Shown here one piece after another: positions 9,659 through 18,700 of a DNA stretch of 39,797 bases. The notes beneath the pieces are model-generated. The model did no database searches and was not told where the DNA came from. It worked only from the letters and a program-made list of their open reading frames with translations. The position numbers were made by a program, and so were the translations under genes. Each line of letters opens with the position of its first letter. Positions within the stretch are counted from its first letter, which is position 1. The DNA is from an uncultured Cellulomonadaceae bacterium (GTDB lineage: Bacteria; Actinomycetota; Actinomycetes; Actinomycetales; Microbacteriaceae), in contig CAJXYC010000001.1 in the NCBI GenBank assembly GCA_913063365.1, forward strand, positions 1-39,797, written 5' to 3'.

Positions 9659-10645
9659 CTACTGGTCGCGACGCGACTTCTTTGACGGTTTTCTGGCTGT
9701 CTTCTCAGACCGACTCGCGGTCTCCCGCTGCAGCTTGCGCAGTTTCTTTGGCGTCTCCTCGCGTTGTTTCACGGCCCCCGGAGTCCAGGCCTCGATATCG
9801 ACCTCGGCGTAGTCGGGCTTTGTCTTCTTGCCGGCGGGCTGTGGCAGCCGTGTGCCGGGAGCGAGGCGTCTTGCCCAGCAGAGAAAACCGGTGTGCCCGA
9901 TCATCCGATGTTCCGGTCTCACCGCCAAACCGTCGACGTGCCAGCCGCGCACCATCGTTTCCTGCGCTTCTGGCTCAGTCGTCAGTCCAGAATCCCGCAG
10001 GGCCTCCATGACCCGTGAGAGCTGGGTCACTGTGGCGACGTAGCAAAGAATGACTCCTCCCGGCACGAGGACGCGAAGCGACTGCTCCAGGCACTCCCAC
10101 GGGGTCAACATGTCGAGCAGCACCCGGTCGACACTTGATTCCTTCTCGGACTCCAGCACCTCGGAGAGCTCTCCGATCCGGATATCCCATCGTGCAGGCG
10201 GCGCTCCCCGGAAGTAGGTCTCCACATTGGCCCTCGCGATATCAGCAAACTCTTCACGCTGTTCTACGGAGATCAGTTCTCCGTCAGAACCGAGAGTTCT
10301 GTGCAGCCACAGGCTGAGACCTCCCGATCCGACCCCTGCCTCGATCACTCGCTGACCTGGGTGAATATCGGCCAGCTGCAGAATCAGTGCCGCGTCTTTC
10401 GGGTAAATGATGGCGGCACCACGGGGCATTGAGAGGACGTAGTCGCTTAACAGCGGTCGAAGAACCAGGTATTCCACTCCCTGTTCTGTTTGCACCACTG
10501 AGCCCTCTGGCTGTCCCTTAATGTCCGCGTGCGAAATACCCCCGCGGTGGGTGTGGAAATGACCACCTGATTCCAAGACAAACGTGTGGTGCCGGCCTTT
10601 GGGGTCGGTAAGCCGCACCATGTCGCCATAGTCAAGTGCCGTCAT
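9659..10645 (-). CDS. trmI: tRNA (adenine-58-N1)-methyltransferase
   Basis: DYVLSMPRGAAIIYPKD, EAGVGSG SAM motif, LDMLTPW, RPEHRMIGHTGFL. ATG at 10645 overlaps the HAD stop (ATGA). Confidence 0.95.
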   Translation of the reverse strand: MTALDYGDMVRLTDPKGRHHTFVLESGGHFHTHRGGISHADIKGQPEGSVVQTEQGVEYLVLRPLLSDYVLSMPRGAAIIYPKDAALILQLADIHPGQRVIEAGVGSGGLSLWLHRTLGSDGELISVEQREEFADIARANVETYFRGAPPARWDIRIGELSEVLESEKESSVDRVLLDMLTPWECLEQSLRVLVPGGVILCYVATVTQLSRVMEALRDSGLTTEPEAQETMVRGWHVDGLAVRPEHRMIGHTGFLCWARRLAPGTRLPQPAGKKTKPDYAEVDIEAWTPGAVKQREETPKKLRKLQRETASRSEKTARKPSKKSRRDQ

Positions 10646-11316
10646 CTGTGGCCCCACTTGGCCTTTTCGGCCGTCACGTCATCCACTGTTTTTCCTTCGA
10701 GCGAGTCCCACCGCACGTGAACGTAGCTTTCTGGAATCTCGATGTGGAGCGGAATTCCAATTGTCAGAGCGCCCGCGGAATACGCAGAAGCCGCGCCAAA
10801 GACGGAGTCTTCGAATGCGACCGCGTGGGCGATATCAATACCCAACTGGTCGGCAGCACTCAAATAGGCCTCGGGATTAGGTTTGGGTTCGCTCACGTCG
10901 TCACCCGCCACCACCACCGAAAACGCCTCCTGACCGATATCTTTCGAAATCGCCTCGGCGATTGTCAGGGCGTTGGCACGAAACGACATGGTGACCAGCG
11001 CCGTCGGAATCTTGGCGGCCAACATCTGCGAAATCATGTCCTTCGCCCCTGGACGCCACGGAACGTGCTCGATTAGACGCTGGCGCACATCGGCACTCAA
11101 CCGCTCGATAATCTCCCGCAACTCCAAGTCAACACCCGCGTGCTGCAGCGCGGCAGCGCTATCCCACAGCCCACTACCCACCAGGGTGAGGCCTTGCTCC
11201 TTGGTCCAGGAACCGCCAAAAGACGACACCAGCGCCATTTCTGCGTCCAGCCAGTAGGGCTCGCTGTCGATCAGGGTGCCGTCCATGTCAAAAAGACCGG
11301 CTTGTAGGGCGTTCAC
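10642..11316 (-). CDS. HAD-family hydrolase/phosphatase
   Basis: FDMDGTLIDSE motif I, KPNPEAY, FEDS motif IV. Confidence 0.92.
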   Translation of the reverse strand: MNALQAGLFDMDGTLIDSEPYWLDAEMALVSSFGGSWTKEQGLTLVGSGLWDSAAALQHAGVDLELREIIERLSADVRQRLIEHVPWRPGAKDMISQMLAAKIPTALVTMSFRANALTIAEAISKDIGQEAFSVVVAGDDVSEPKPNPEAYLSAADQLGIDIAHAVAFEDSVFGAASAYSAGALTIGIPLHIEIPESYVHVRWDSLEGKTVDDVTAEKAKWGHR

Positions 11317-11396
11317 GCCAGGAGTCTACTGGCGGGCATTGCGCCACACCCCCGGTCTCCACGGTGTTCAGACGCCGGATGTAGGTTGGGAGGCAT

Positions 11397-12266
11397 ATGG
11401 ACGAAGCCCCAGTCATTCCCGCCGAGAAAACTCTGCTGGTCGCCACCGAAGGGTGGAGCGATGCGGGAGAAGCCGCCAGCTCAGCACTGCGGATGATTGT
11501 CGACCAGTACGGGCTGATTCCCTACGAAGTGATCTCCGACGAAATCTATTTCGACTACCAGGTCTCCCGTCCCTACGCCCAGTTTGAAAGCGACGGGAGC
11601 CGGGTCATTTCGTGGCCTGACATCACGCTGTATGGGCCAGACACCGCTGACCCCACCCCCGGCTCACCCTATGTCTTACTCGGTGCCGAACCGTCACGGA
11701 TGTGGCAGTCACTTGCCGACCAGATCGTGATGCACGCGCTCGCGGAAGATATTCAGCACATCGTTCTGTGTGGCGCGATGCTCGCGGATGTGCCGCACTC
11801 CAGACCTGTTCGCCTGCTCTCGTCCAGCGAGGATGCGGAGCTACGGGAGCTTCTCGACATCGAGCGCTCCACCTATGAGGGCCCTGTCGGCATTTTGAGT
11901 GTGGTCGGTCAGGCCGCTCACCAGTCGGGTATTCCCGTCGTGAACCTGTGGGCGCAAGTTCCCCACTACGTGCACACCTCGCCCTCCCCGAAGGCCACCT
12001 TGGCGATCGTGGAGCGGCTACGAGAGCTCCTCGGTATCGATGTTCCACACGCCGACCTGACTGAGCAGGCGACGGCGTGGGAGGAAAACATCGATCAGTT
12101 GGCCTCAGAAGACGACGACATGATGGCGTATATCCACCAGTTGGAAAAACAGCGCGACACCGTCGAATCACCGGAAGCCAGTGGAGACGCGATCGCCCAG
12201 GAATTTGAGCGCTATCTCCAAAAACGCCCCGAGTGGCCGGGTGGTGTGGCAGGCGGCGAGGGCTAA
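11397..12266 (+). CDS. PAC2-family (proteasome assembly chaperone-like) protein
   Basis: EGWSDAGEAAS, FDYQVSRP, LADVPHSRP, YEGPVGI, WAQVPHYV, DAIAQEFERYL are typical of actinobacterial PAC2 proteins. Confidence 0.9.
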   Translation: MDEAPVIPAEKTLLVATEGWSDAGEAASSALRMIVDQYGLIPYEVISDEIYFDYQVSRPYAQFESDGSRVISWPDITLYGPDTADPTPGSPYVLLGAEPSRMWQSLADQIVMHALAEDIQHIVLCGAMLADVPHSRPVRLLSSSEDAELRELLDIERSTYEGPVGILSVVGQAAHQSGIPVVNLWAQVPHYVHTSPSPKATLAIVERLRELLGIDVPHADLTEQATAWEENIDQLASEDDDMMAYIHQLEKQRDTVESPEASGDAIAQEFERYLQKRPEWPGGVAGGEG

Positions 12267-13114
12267 GCCTCCAGCACCCCCAGGGACAGGGCAATCAGGA
12301 GCCCACCGCCCAACACCAAGCGATAGACCACAAACGGCAGGAAGCTTTTGGTCGTGAGGAAGCGCATCAGCCAGGCAATGACGGCGTAGCCCACAACAGC
12401 GGCCACCATCGTCGCCACCAGGGTGGCAAGCGGGTCAACCGGGCCTGCCTCGAGGGGATTGACAATGGCGGTGTTCAACTCAAACAGGCCGCTACCAAAC
12501 ACCGCTGGAATGGCCAGCAGAAAGGCGAACCTGGTTGCCTCGACTCTGGTGTAGCCAAGCGCGAGACCCATGGAAATCGTGGCGCCAGAGCGCGAGACCC
12601 CGGGAATGAGCGCCAATGTCTGCGCGAGACCGTAGGAAAGACCATGCGGCACGTTGAGGCTGTCCAAGCCTCGTGTTTTTCGACCCCAGACGTCTGCTGC
12701 CAGCAAGACAAGGGCGAAGACGATGAGCACTGTCGCGACGAGCCAGAGAGACCGGAAGGCGTCCCGGATCACACTTTGTGCGGTGTAGCCGACAATCACG
12801 ATGGGAAGGGTTCCCAGCACAATCAGCCAGCCCAAGCGCACCTGTTGGCGTTCCTCAGGGCTCAGGATTTGTCGTGCTGATGGACGGAAGGTGTGGCGGA
12901 ACCAGGCGGAGAGAATCCCGGTGATGTCTTTCCAGAAATAGATGACGACCGCAATTTCGGTGCCAATTTGAGTGATTGCCGTGAACGTGGCTCCGGGGTC
13001 AGTGGCGGCGGGAAGAAATTCGCCGGCAATCCGAAGATGTGCGCTGGAGGAGATGGGCAGGAATTCGGTGAGGCCTTGGAGAATTCCCAAGATGATTGCG
13101 TCCCAGATGCTCAC
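12263..13114 (-). CDS. uppP: Undecaprenyl-diphosphate phosphatase
   Basis: QGLTEFLPISSSAH and PGVSRSG BacA/UppP motifs; multi-TM. Confidence 0.96.
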   Translation of the reverse strand: MSIWDAIILGILQGLTEFLPISSSAHLRIAGEFLPAATDPGATFTAITQIGTEIAVVIYFWKDITGILSAWFRHTFRPSARQILSPEERQQVRLGWLIVLGTLPIVIVGYTAQSVIRDAFRSLWLVATVLIVFALVLLAADVWGRKTRGLDSLNVPHGLSYGLAQTLALIPGVSRSGATISMGLALGYTRVEATRFAFLLAIPAVFGSGLFELNTAIVNPLEAGPVDPLATLVATMVAAVVGYAVIAWLMRFLTTKSFLPFVVYRLVLGGGLLIALSLGVLEA

Positions 13115-13228
13115 TGGTCCCCCGCCTTTCGCCGCACCGTCTCCACGCTACTGCGTTGGGTGAACAGGCCCGGTTAGGCCGAATGTTTAGTGGTAATGTC
13201 TTCTCGGTTCACGGATTCGGTGTCCTGC

Positions 13229-13315
13229 GCGCGGGTGGCGGAATTGGTAGACGCGCTAGCTTGAGGTGCTAGTGCCCGACTATAGGGCGTGGGGGTTCAA
13301 GTCCCCCCTCGCGCA
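13229..13315 (+). tRNA. tRNA-Leu (anticodon GAG); CCA not encoded
   Basis: Acceptor GCGCGGG/CTCGCGC+A, D-arm TGGCGGAATTGGTAGACGC, anticodon arm CTAGC-TTGAGGT-GCTAG, long variable arm, T-arm GGGGGTTCAAGTCCCCC. Confidence 0.97.
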
Positions 13316-13326
13316 CGAGAATCCTT

Positions 13327-13360
13327 GGGGTCTCACACGGCTGGTGTGAGGCCCCCTTTG
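13327..13360 (+). terminator. Stem-loop after tRNA-Leu, probable intrinsic terminator
   Basis: GGGGTCTCACAC (13327-13338) pairs with GTGTGAGGCCCC (13344-13355), with one G-U pair, followed by CTTTG. Confidence 0.7.
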
Positions 13361-13389
13361 TCGTCCTGGGGATAACTTCTTCAGTTGCG

Positions 13390-13411
13390 TGTCAGTGGAC
13401 ATTGACATAAT
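13390..13411 (+). promoter_or_regulatory. PafBC-type (RecA-NDp) DNA-damage promoter: TGTCAG-N10-CATAAT
   Basis: Matches TGTC(A/G)G-N10-TA-N3-T with exact spacing, differing only by C for T at the first -10 base. Lies directly upstream of imuA'. Confidence 0.7.
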
Positions 13412-13426
13412 CGAACATATGTTCGA
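13411..13426. promoter_or_regulatory. LexA (SOS) box TCGAAC-ATAT-GTTCGA
   Basis: Perfect match to the actinobacterial consensus TCGAAC-N4-GTTCGA, at the head of the imuA'-imuB-dnaE2 cassette. Confidence 0.93.
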
Positions 13427-14177
13427 ACATGGCACTGTGATTCCCCTCACCCTGTCCCCCGAGTCCACTGCGAGACAGGAACAACTTCGTGCCCTGAAGC
13501 AGAAAATTAGTCGCCTGGAATCCCCCCAGATCGACCATCCCACTCTGCCGAGCCATCCCACTGTCCAGGGGCTCTTTTCTGGCGGCGGAATACGCCGAGG
13601 CGCGAGCTATGAACTCCACGGCGGCTATTCCCTGCTCTGGTCACTATTGGCAGGACCCAGTCGGCACGGCCATTGGAGCGCGCTTGTTGGTCTCGGACAC
13701 CTTGGTTTCCAGGCAGCAGCTGATCTCGGAGTCGACCTTGACCGGCTCATTGTCGTCAAAAACCCCGGTGCCCACTGGTTTCACATCGCCAGTTCACTGG
13801 CAGACGCCGTCTCTGTTGTGGTGGTGAGCCCACCCGGTCCCCTCCCCGCCGTGTCACAGCGTGAAAGATTGCACGCGAGACTCCGTGAACGCGGCAGCAC
13901 ACTTCTGGTGAACGGGCAGTGGCCCGGGCACGATGGCCGTCTCGTGGTGGAACAGTGCCGGTGGGAGGGAGTCGACCGGGGAGCAGGCGTCCTACACACC
14001 CAACACCTCACAATTGCCCACCACCACAAACGCTCCGTCACACCAAGACGAATCCACGCGGTGATTTCTGCTGAGGGGCTTCACAGTGCTGAACTCGCCC
14101 CTGTTCAATTACTTAGCCCCGGAACGTCCACAGACACTGCTGCAGAGACAGCCCAGCTCCAACAAGTGGCCGGGTGA
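13419..14177 (+). CDS. imuA: ImuA'-like RecA-fold mutasome accessory protein
   Basis: RecA-like segments (GGIRRGASY, WSALVG, AAADLGVDLDRL, RLHARLRERGSTLLV) without a Walker A lysine. Overlaps imuB (GTGA). Start uncertain: ATG 13419 favoured, GTG 13437 possible. Confidence 0.82.
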   Translation: MFEHGTVIPLTLSPESTARQEQLRALKQKISRLESPQIDHPTLPSHPTVQGLFSGGGIRRGASYELHGGYSLLWSLLAGPSRHGHWSALVGLGHLGFQAAADLGVDLDRLIVVKNPGAHWFHIASSLADAVSVVVVSPPGPLPAVSQRERLHARLRERGSTLLVNGQWPGHDGRLVVEQCRWEGVDRGAGVLHTQHLTIAHHHKRSVTPRRIHAVISAEGLHSAELAPVQLLSPGTSTDTAAETAQLQQVAG

Positions 14178-15763
14178 GTCGCGTGTCTGCTCGTGTGGTG
14201 GTCTTGACTTGCCCCGATTGGTCGATTGTGGCGGCGCTGGCCGATGAGCACACCGAGAGCACGCCACAGGCACCTCTGGCGGTGGCGGCACATGGAGAAA
14301 TTCAGAGTTGCTCCCCCTCGGCACGAACAGCTGGAGTTTTTCCGCGCCAACGTGTCCGTGACGCCCAAGTGTCTTGCCCCCACCTCCAGGTTGTTCCGTA
14401 TTCGCCAGAGCGCGATCAGCGCCTGTGGGAAGACGTCCTTGTCCATCTGTCTGACACTCTGGCCCGGGTCAGTGTGATTGAACCCGGTGTCCTATGTGCA
14501 ACCGCACGAGGTCTCGCCCGGTTTTACGGCTCCGAAGAACAGGCTGCTGCCGTCTTACGAGCGAGAATCTCTGAAGGTCCTATCCCCTTCTCTGCGCGCG
14601 TCGGGGTAGCCGACAGTCTCTTTGCCGCCACCCACGCCGCCCGTCACGGCACTAGCCAAGAGCAGCCTGTATGCGTGGTGGAACCAGGGGGTGACGCTTC
14701 ATTCCTCGCGCCACTGCCCATTCGATTCCTGGATGACCCCGAGCGGGTGTCGCTTCTGGAGCGACTGGGAGTGAGCACTCTGGGTGATTTTGCTGCGTTA
14801 TCTGCCGATCACGTGAGGGATCGTTTTGGACCAGACACCGCTGTGCTTCACTCGTGTGTCTCCGGCACAGATCCTCGTGCTCTCCTACTGAGTGATATTC
14901 CTCCGGGTACTGACGCGACGTGGCGTAGTGAAGAACCAATCACCCGGGCAGATGGCCTCAGTTTTGCGGTGAAAGACACCGCCGAATCATTTCTTCAAGG
15001 CCTCCTTCACCAGCACGCGGTGTGTACGGCGGTCCGGATTGTCCTGACTGATGATGACGGCCGCACATCGTCCAGAGACTGGCGACACCCCCGCTATTTC
15101 ACGGCTTCTGACTTAGTCAATCGAGTGCGTTGGCAGTGGGAGTCACTCGCTTCCACCGACGCAGAGGACTACCACGACGGTGGCGTCACCGCAGTGCTGT
15201 TCCAAGCGCTACACCCGGATGCTGTCACCGGACACGAACCGGGACTGTGGGGACACACAGACGCTGATCGTCGCGTGGAGCACACCGTTGCACAGCTCCA
15301 ATCCACCTTGGGTCACGAAAAGATGACACGCCCCGTACTCGGCCACGGTCACCGTTTCTCCGAGCGGGAACGAACTATTCCCTGGGGCGTCGACGAGCCG
15401 AGCCCCACAATTGATAGCGACGAGGAACATCCCACCTGGCCTGGTCAGATTCCCCCACCTCTGCCGGCCACGGTGTTCCACCCTCCTCATCGCGTGCAGG
15501 TGTGTGATCAAAACGGTCAGTTACTACGCCTGGCGGGAGACGGCGGTCACGTCAGCGGTGAGCCCGCTTGGCTAGTCGCTGGTGAACGATCACGCCCAGT
15601 GGTTTCGTGGGCTGGTCCGTGGCCGGTCGTGGAGAGCTGGTGGGATAAAAAAGCTTCTGCTGATCGCTCCAGATTGCAATTGCTCGACCGTGACGGGGTG
15701 GGCTGGCTCGTCAGCCACGACAACATCGCACAGACCTGGCAATTAGAGGCACGCTACGACTAA
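14174..15763 (+). CDS. imuB: ImuB, catalytically inactive Y-family polymerase-like protein
   Basis: CPDWSIVAA, SPSARTAGV, GVADSLFAA, RLGVSTLGDFAAL, clamp-motif-like EPGLWG, C-terminal WAGPWPVVESWW...ARYD. Directly upstream of dnaE2. Confidence 0.9.
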   Translation: MSRVSARVVVLTCPDWSIVAALADEHTESTPQAPLAVAAHGEIQSCSPSARTAGVFPRQRVRDAQVSCPHLQVVPYSPERDQRLWEDVLVHLSDTLARVSVIEPGVLCATARGLARFYGSEEQAAAVLRARISEGPIPFSARVGVADSLFAATHAARHGTSQEQPVCVVEPGGDASFLAPLPIRFLDDPERVSLLERLGVSTLGDFAALSADHVRDRFGPDTAVLHSCVSGTDPRALLLSDIPPGTDATWRSEEPITRADGLSFAVKDTAESFLQGLLHQHAVCTAVRIVLTDDDGRTSSRDWRHPRYFTASDLVNRVRWQWESLASTDAEDYHDGGVTAVLFQALHPDAVTGHEPGLWGHTDADRRVEHTVAQLQSTLGHEKMTRPVLGHGHRFSERERTIPWGVDEPSPTIDSDEEHPTWPGQIPPPLPATVFHPPHRVQVCDQNGQLLRLAGDGGHVSGEPAWLVAGERSRPVVSWAGPWPVVESWWDKKASADRSRLQLLDRDGVGWLVSHDNIAQTWQLEARYD

Positions 15764-18700
15764 TGGCCTGGAATAACCCACCTATTCCCTGGTCTGAGCT
15801 CGAAAAACAGCTCACTGAGGCCACCCGCCCAGGAAGTACTCCCCCGGTGGGAGCAGGCCCTGGTGATTCGCCTGCGTGGTCGAATTATCGAGCCCCCTAT
15901 CAACCGCCAGCACCCCAGCCTCCTCCCGATGAGGAGCGTGTCGACTACGCCGAATTGCACGTGCACAGCAGTTTTAGCTTTCTTGACGGGGTGTCGTCTC
16001 CCGAGGCACTCGTCGCCGAAGCTTCCCGGTTGCGTCTGAGCGCACTCGCCATTACCGACCACGACGGCCTCTACGGCATCGTTCGCTTTGCTGAAGCGGC
16101 CCAGGCCCATCAGATGCCGACGGTTTTTGGTGCGGAGTTGTCTCTTGCTCCCCGGATTCAGCGCACCGACGTGGCAGACCCTCCCGGGCCGCATCTTTTG
16201 GTCCTCGCCAAAAGCCCGGAGGGCTATCACCGGCTCGCCAAAGCTCTCACCGATTCACATTTGGCCTCGGGAGAAAAAGGAGAAGCCGCCTACGACCTCG
16301 ACGAACTAGCTGAACGGGCCGGTGACGAATGGATGATCCTCACCGGGTGTCGAAAAGGGATGGTGCGACAGTCCCTCCAGGGGCCATCTGTTCCCTCCGC
16401 AGGGCAGGTGGACCAGGCCCGCCAGCAACTCGGTCACTTAGTGGACCGGTTTGGGCCAGACAGTGTGGCCGTGGAGTTATTTGATTTTCACCACCCACTT
16501 GATTCCACCCACAACGACATCCTGCAGACCCTCGCGCTGGAGCGCGGCCTGCCCACACTCGCCACCGGAGTGGTGCACTACGCCACTGCTGCCGAGCACA
16601 AACTGGCCCAGGCCATGGCCGCCGTGCGATCGAGACGCTCACTCGATCAGATACGCGGGCATCTGCCAGCTGCGCCCAGTGCTTTTTTACGCTCCGGAGC
16701 AGCCCAACTTGCTCGTTTTGAACGCTTCCCAGGTGCCGTCCCCACGGCAGCCAGGCTCGGTCGCGAGTTGTCTTTTTCGCTGAAAAAAGTTGCCCCCGAC
16801 CTCCCGCTGTCGATGGTCCCCGAAGGGCACACCTCCGACAGCTATCTTCGATGGCTTGTCTCCGAAGCCATTCCGCGGCGCTATCCAGACGCTGATCAGG
16901 CGGTCTATGACCGGATCGAGCGTGAACTAGCCCTCATTGAGAAAAAAGGGTTTGCCGGCTATTTCCTGATTGTCCACGACATTGTCCAGTGGGCCCGGGC
17001 CCGCTCCATTCTCTGCCAAGGACGCGGCTCAGCAGCCAACTCGGCGGTTTGCTATCTGCTGGATATTACGGCGGTGGATTCGATTCACTACGACCTTCCT
17101 TTCGAGCGCTTCCTCTCCGCGCTCCGTGACGAAGAACCCGATATTGATGTGGATTTCGACGCTCACCGCCGGGAAGAAGTTATTCAGTACGTGTATTCCC
17201 GCTACGGCCGCCATAACGCCGCGCTGGTGGCCACGGTTATCGAGTACCGGGCCAAAAACGCGGTCCGCGATATGTCCAGGGCATTGGGCTATAGCCCGGG
17301 TCAGCAAGACGCTTTTGCCAAACAGGTGGAACGCCGCGGAGCACTGAGCGAATCAGACGCTGAAAGCCTGCCGGACGCAGTCGTGGAGCTCGCCACACAG
17401 ACGCTCACTTTGCCTCGACACCTCGGCATCCACCCCGGCGGCATGGTGTTGACCGACAGGCCCATTGGTGAAGTCGTCCCGATTGAACACGCTCGGATGG
17501 AAAACCGAACAGTGCTGCAGTGGGATAAGGACGACTGCGAATGGATGGGCTTAGTCAAGTTTGACCTTCTGGGTCTTGGCATTTTGGAAGCCATCCAACA
17601 CACCCTCACGCTGGCCAGCGACGAGTTGGGAGAGCAGTGGGAGCTCGCCACGATTCCTCGTGACGAGCCCGGGGTCTACGACATGCTCTGCCGGGCCGAT
17701 TCCATTGGCGTGTTCCAAGTGGAATCACGTGCCCAAATGGCTCTCTTGCCGCGCCTGCAGCCCCGGCGGTTTTATGACTTGGCCATCCAGATTGCGATGA
17801 TCCGGCCCGGGCCCATTCAGGGCGGTGCGGTGCATCCGTTTGTGCGACGAAAAGCCGGTCAGGAGCCAGTGACCTACCTCCACCCCAAGCTCGAAGCGCC
17901 GTTGAAGCGGACACTCGGCATCCCGGTGTTCCAAGAGCAGATCATGCAAATGGCGATGGCGATTGGGGGATGCACCGGAGAGGACGCCGATGTGTTACGC
18001 CGGGCGATGGGGTCCAAGCGTGGCCTGGAGCGAATCGAATCAGTCCGTCAGACCCTCTATGAGGGAATGGCAGAAAACGGCCTGGTTGGTGAGGATGCGG
18101 ACCGGATCTATCGGACGATTCAAGCCTTTGCCGGTTTTGGTTTTGCCGAAAGCCATTCCTTGAGTTTTGCCCTGCTGGTCTACGCCTCGTCGTGGCTGAA
18201 ACTCCACTACCCCGCCTGTTACCTCACAGGGATGCTCCGCGCGTGGCCGATGGGCTTCTACTCCCCCGCCACTCTTGTCTCTGACGCGGAGCGTCACGGC
18301 GTAGAGGTCAGACGCCCCTGTATTCAACGCTCAGCCGCCGAGGCCTCTCTGGAGCCCCTAGACGAGAACACACCGACCCCAACCGGTATGGATCAGTGTC
18401 TGCAGTTCACCCATGAGCCACCGGGTGAGTTTGATCCGACTGCTCCCGATCGAAGCGCCGAACACCGCCGTGATGGGGAACTGGCAGTAAGACAGGGGCT
18501 TGCGGGCATCAAAGATATTGGCGCCGATACTGCTGAGGCGATTTGTCAGGAAAGACAACGGGGAGGGTATTTCCGGGATATTTATGACCTCTCACGTCGT
18601 GTGGGGCTTCGCGATACCCACCTCGAGGCTCTCTCCACAGCCGGGGCACTCGATGATTTAGGCCTCAGTCGCCGAGAAGCATTGTGGCTGTCTGGTTCTG

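Noticed and set aside
13402-13407. TTGACA as a sigma-A -35 element
   Set aside because: The hexamer 17 nt downstream is GAACAT, a poor -10; the TGTCAG-N10-CATAAT reading fits better, though this is not excluded without TSS data.
13389-13418. ORF-track GTG start for imuA' at 13389
   Set aside because: It lies within the promoter motif upstream of the -10 and SOS box; ATG 13419 fits better.
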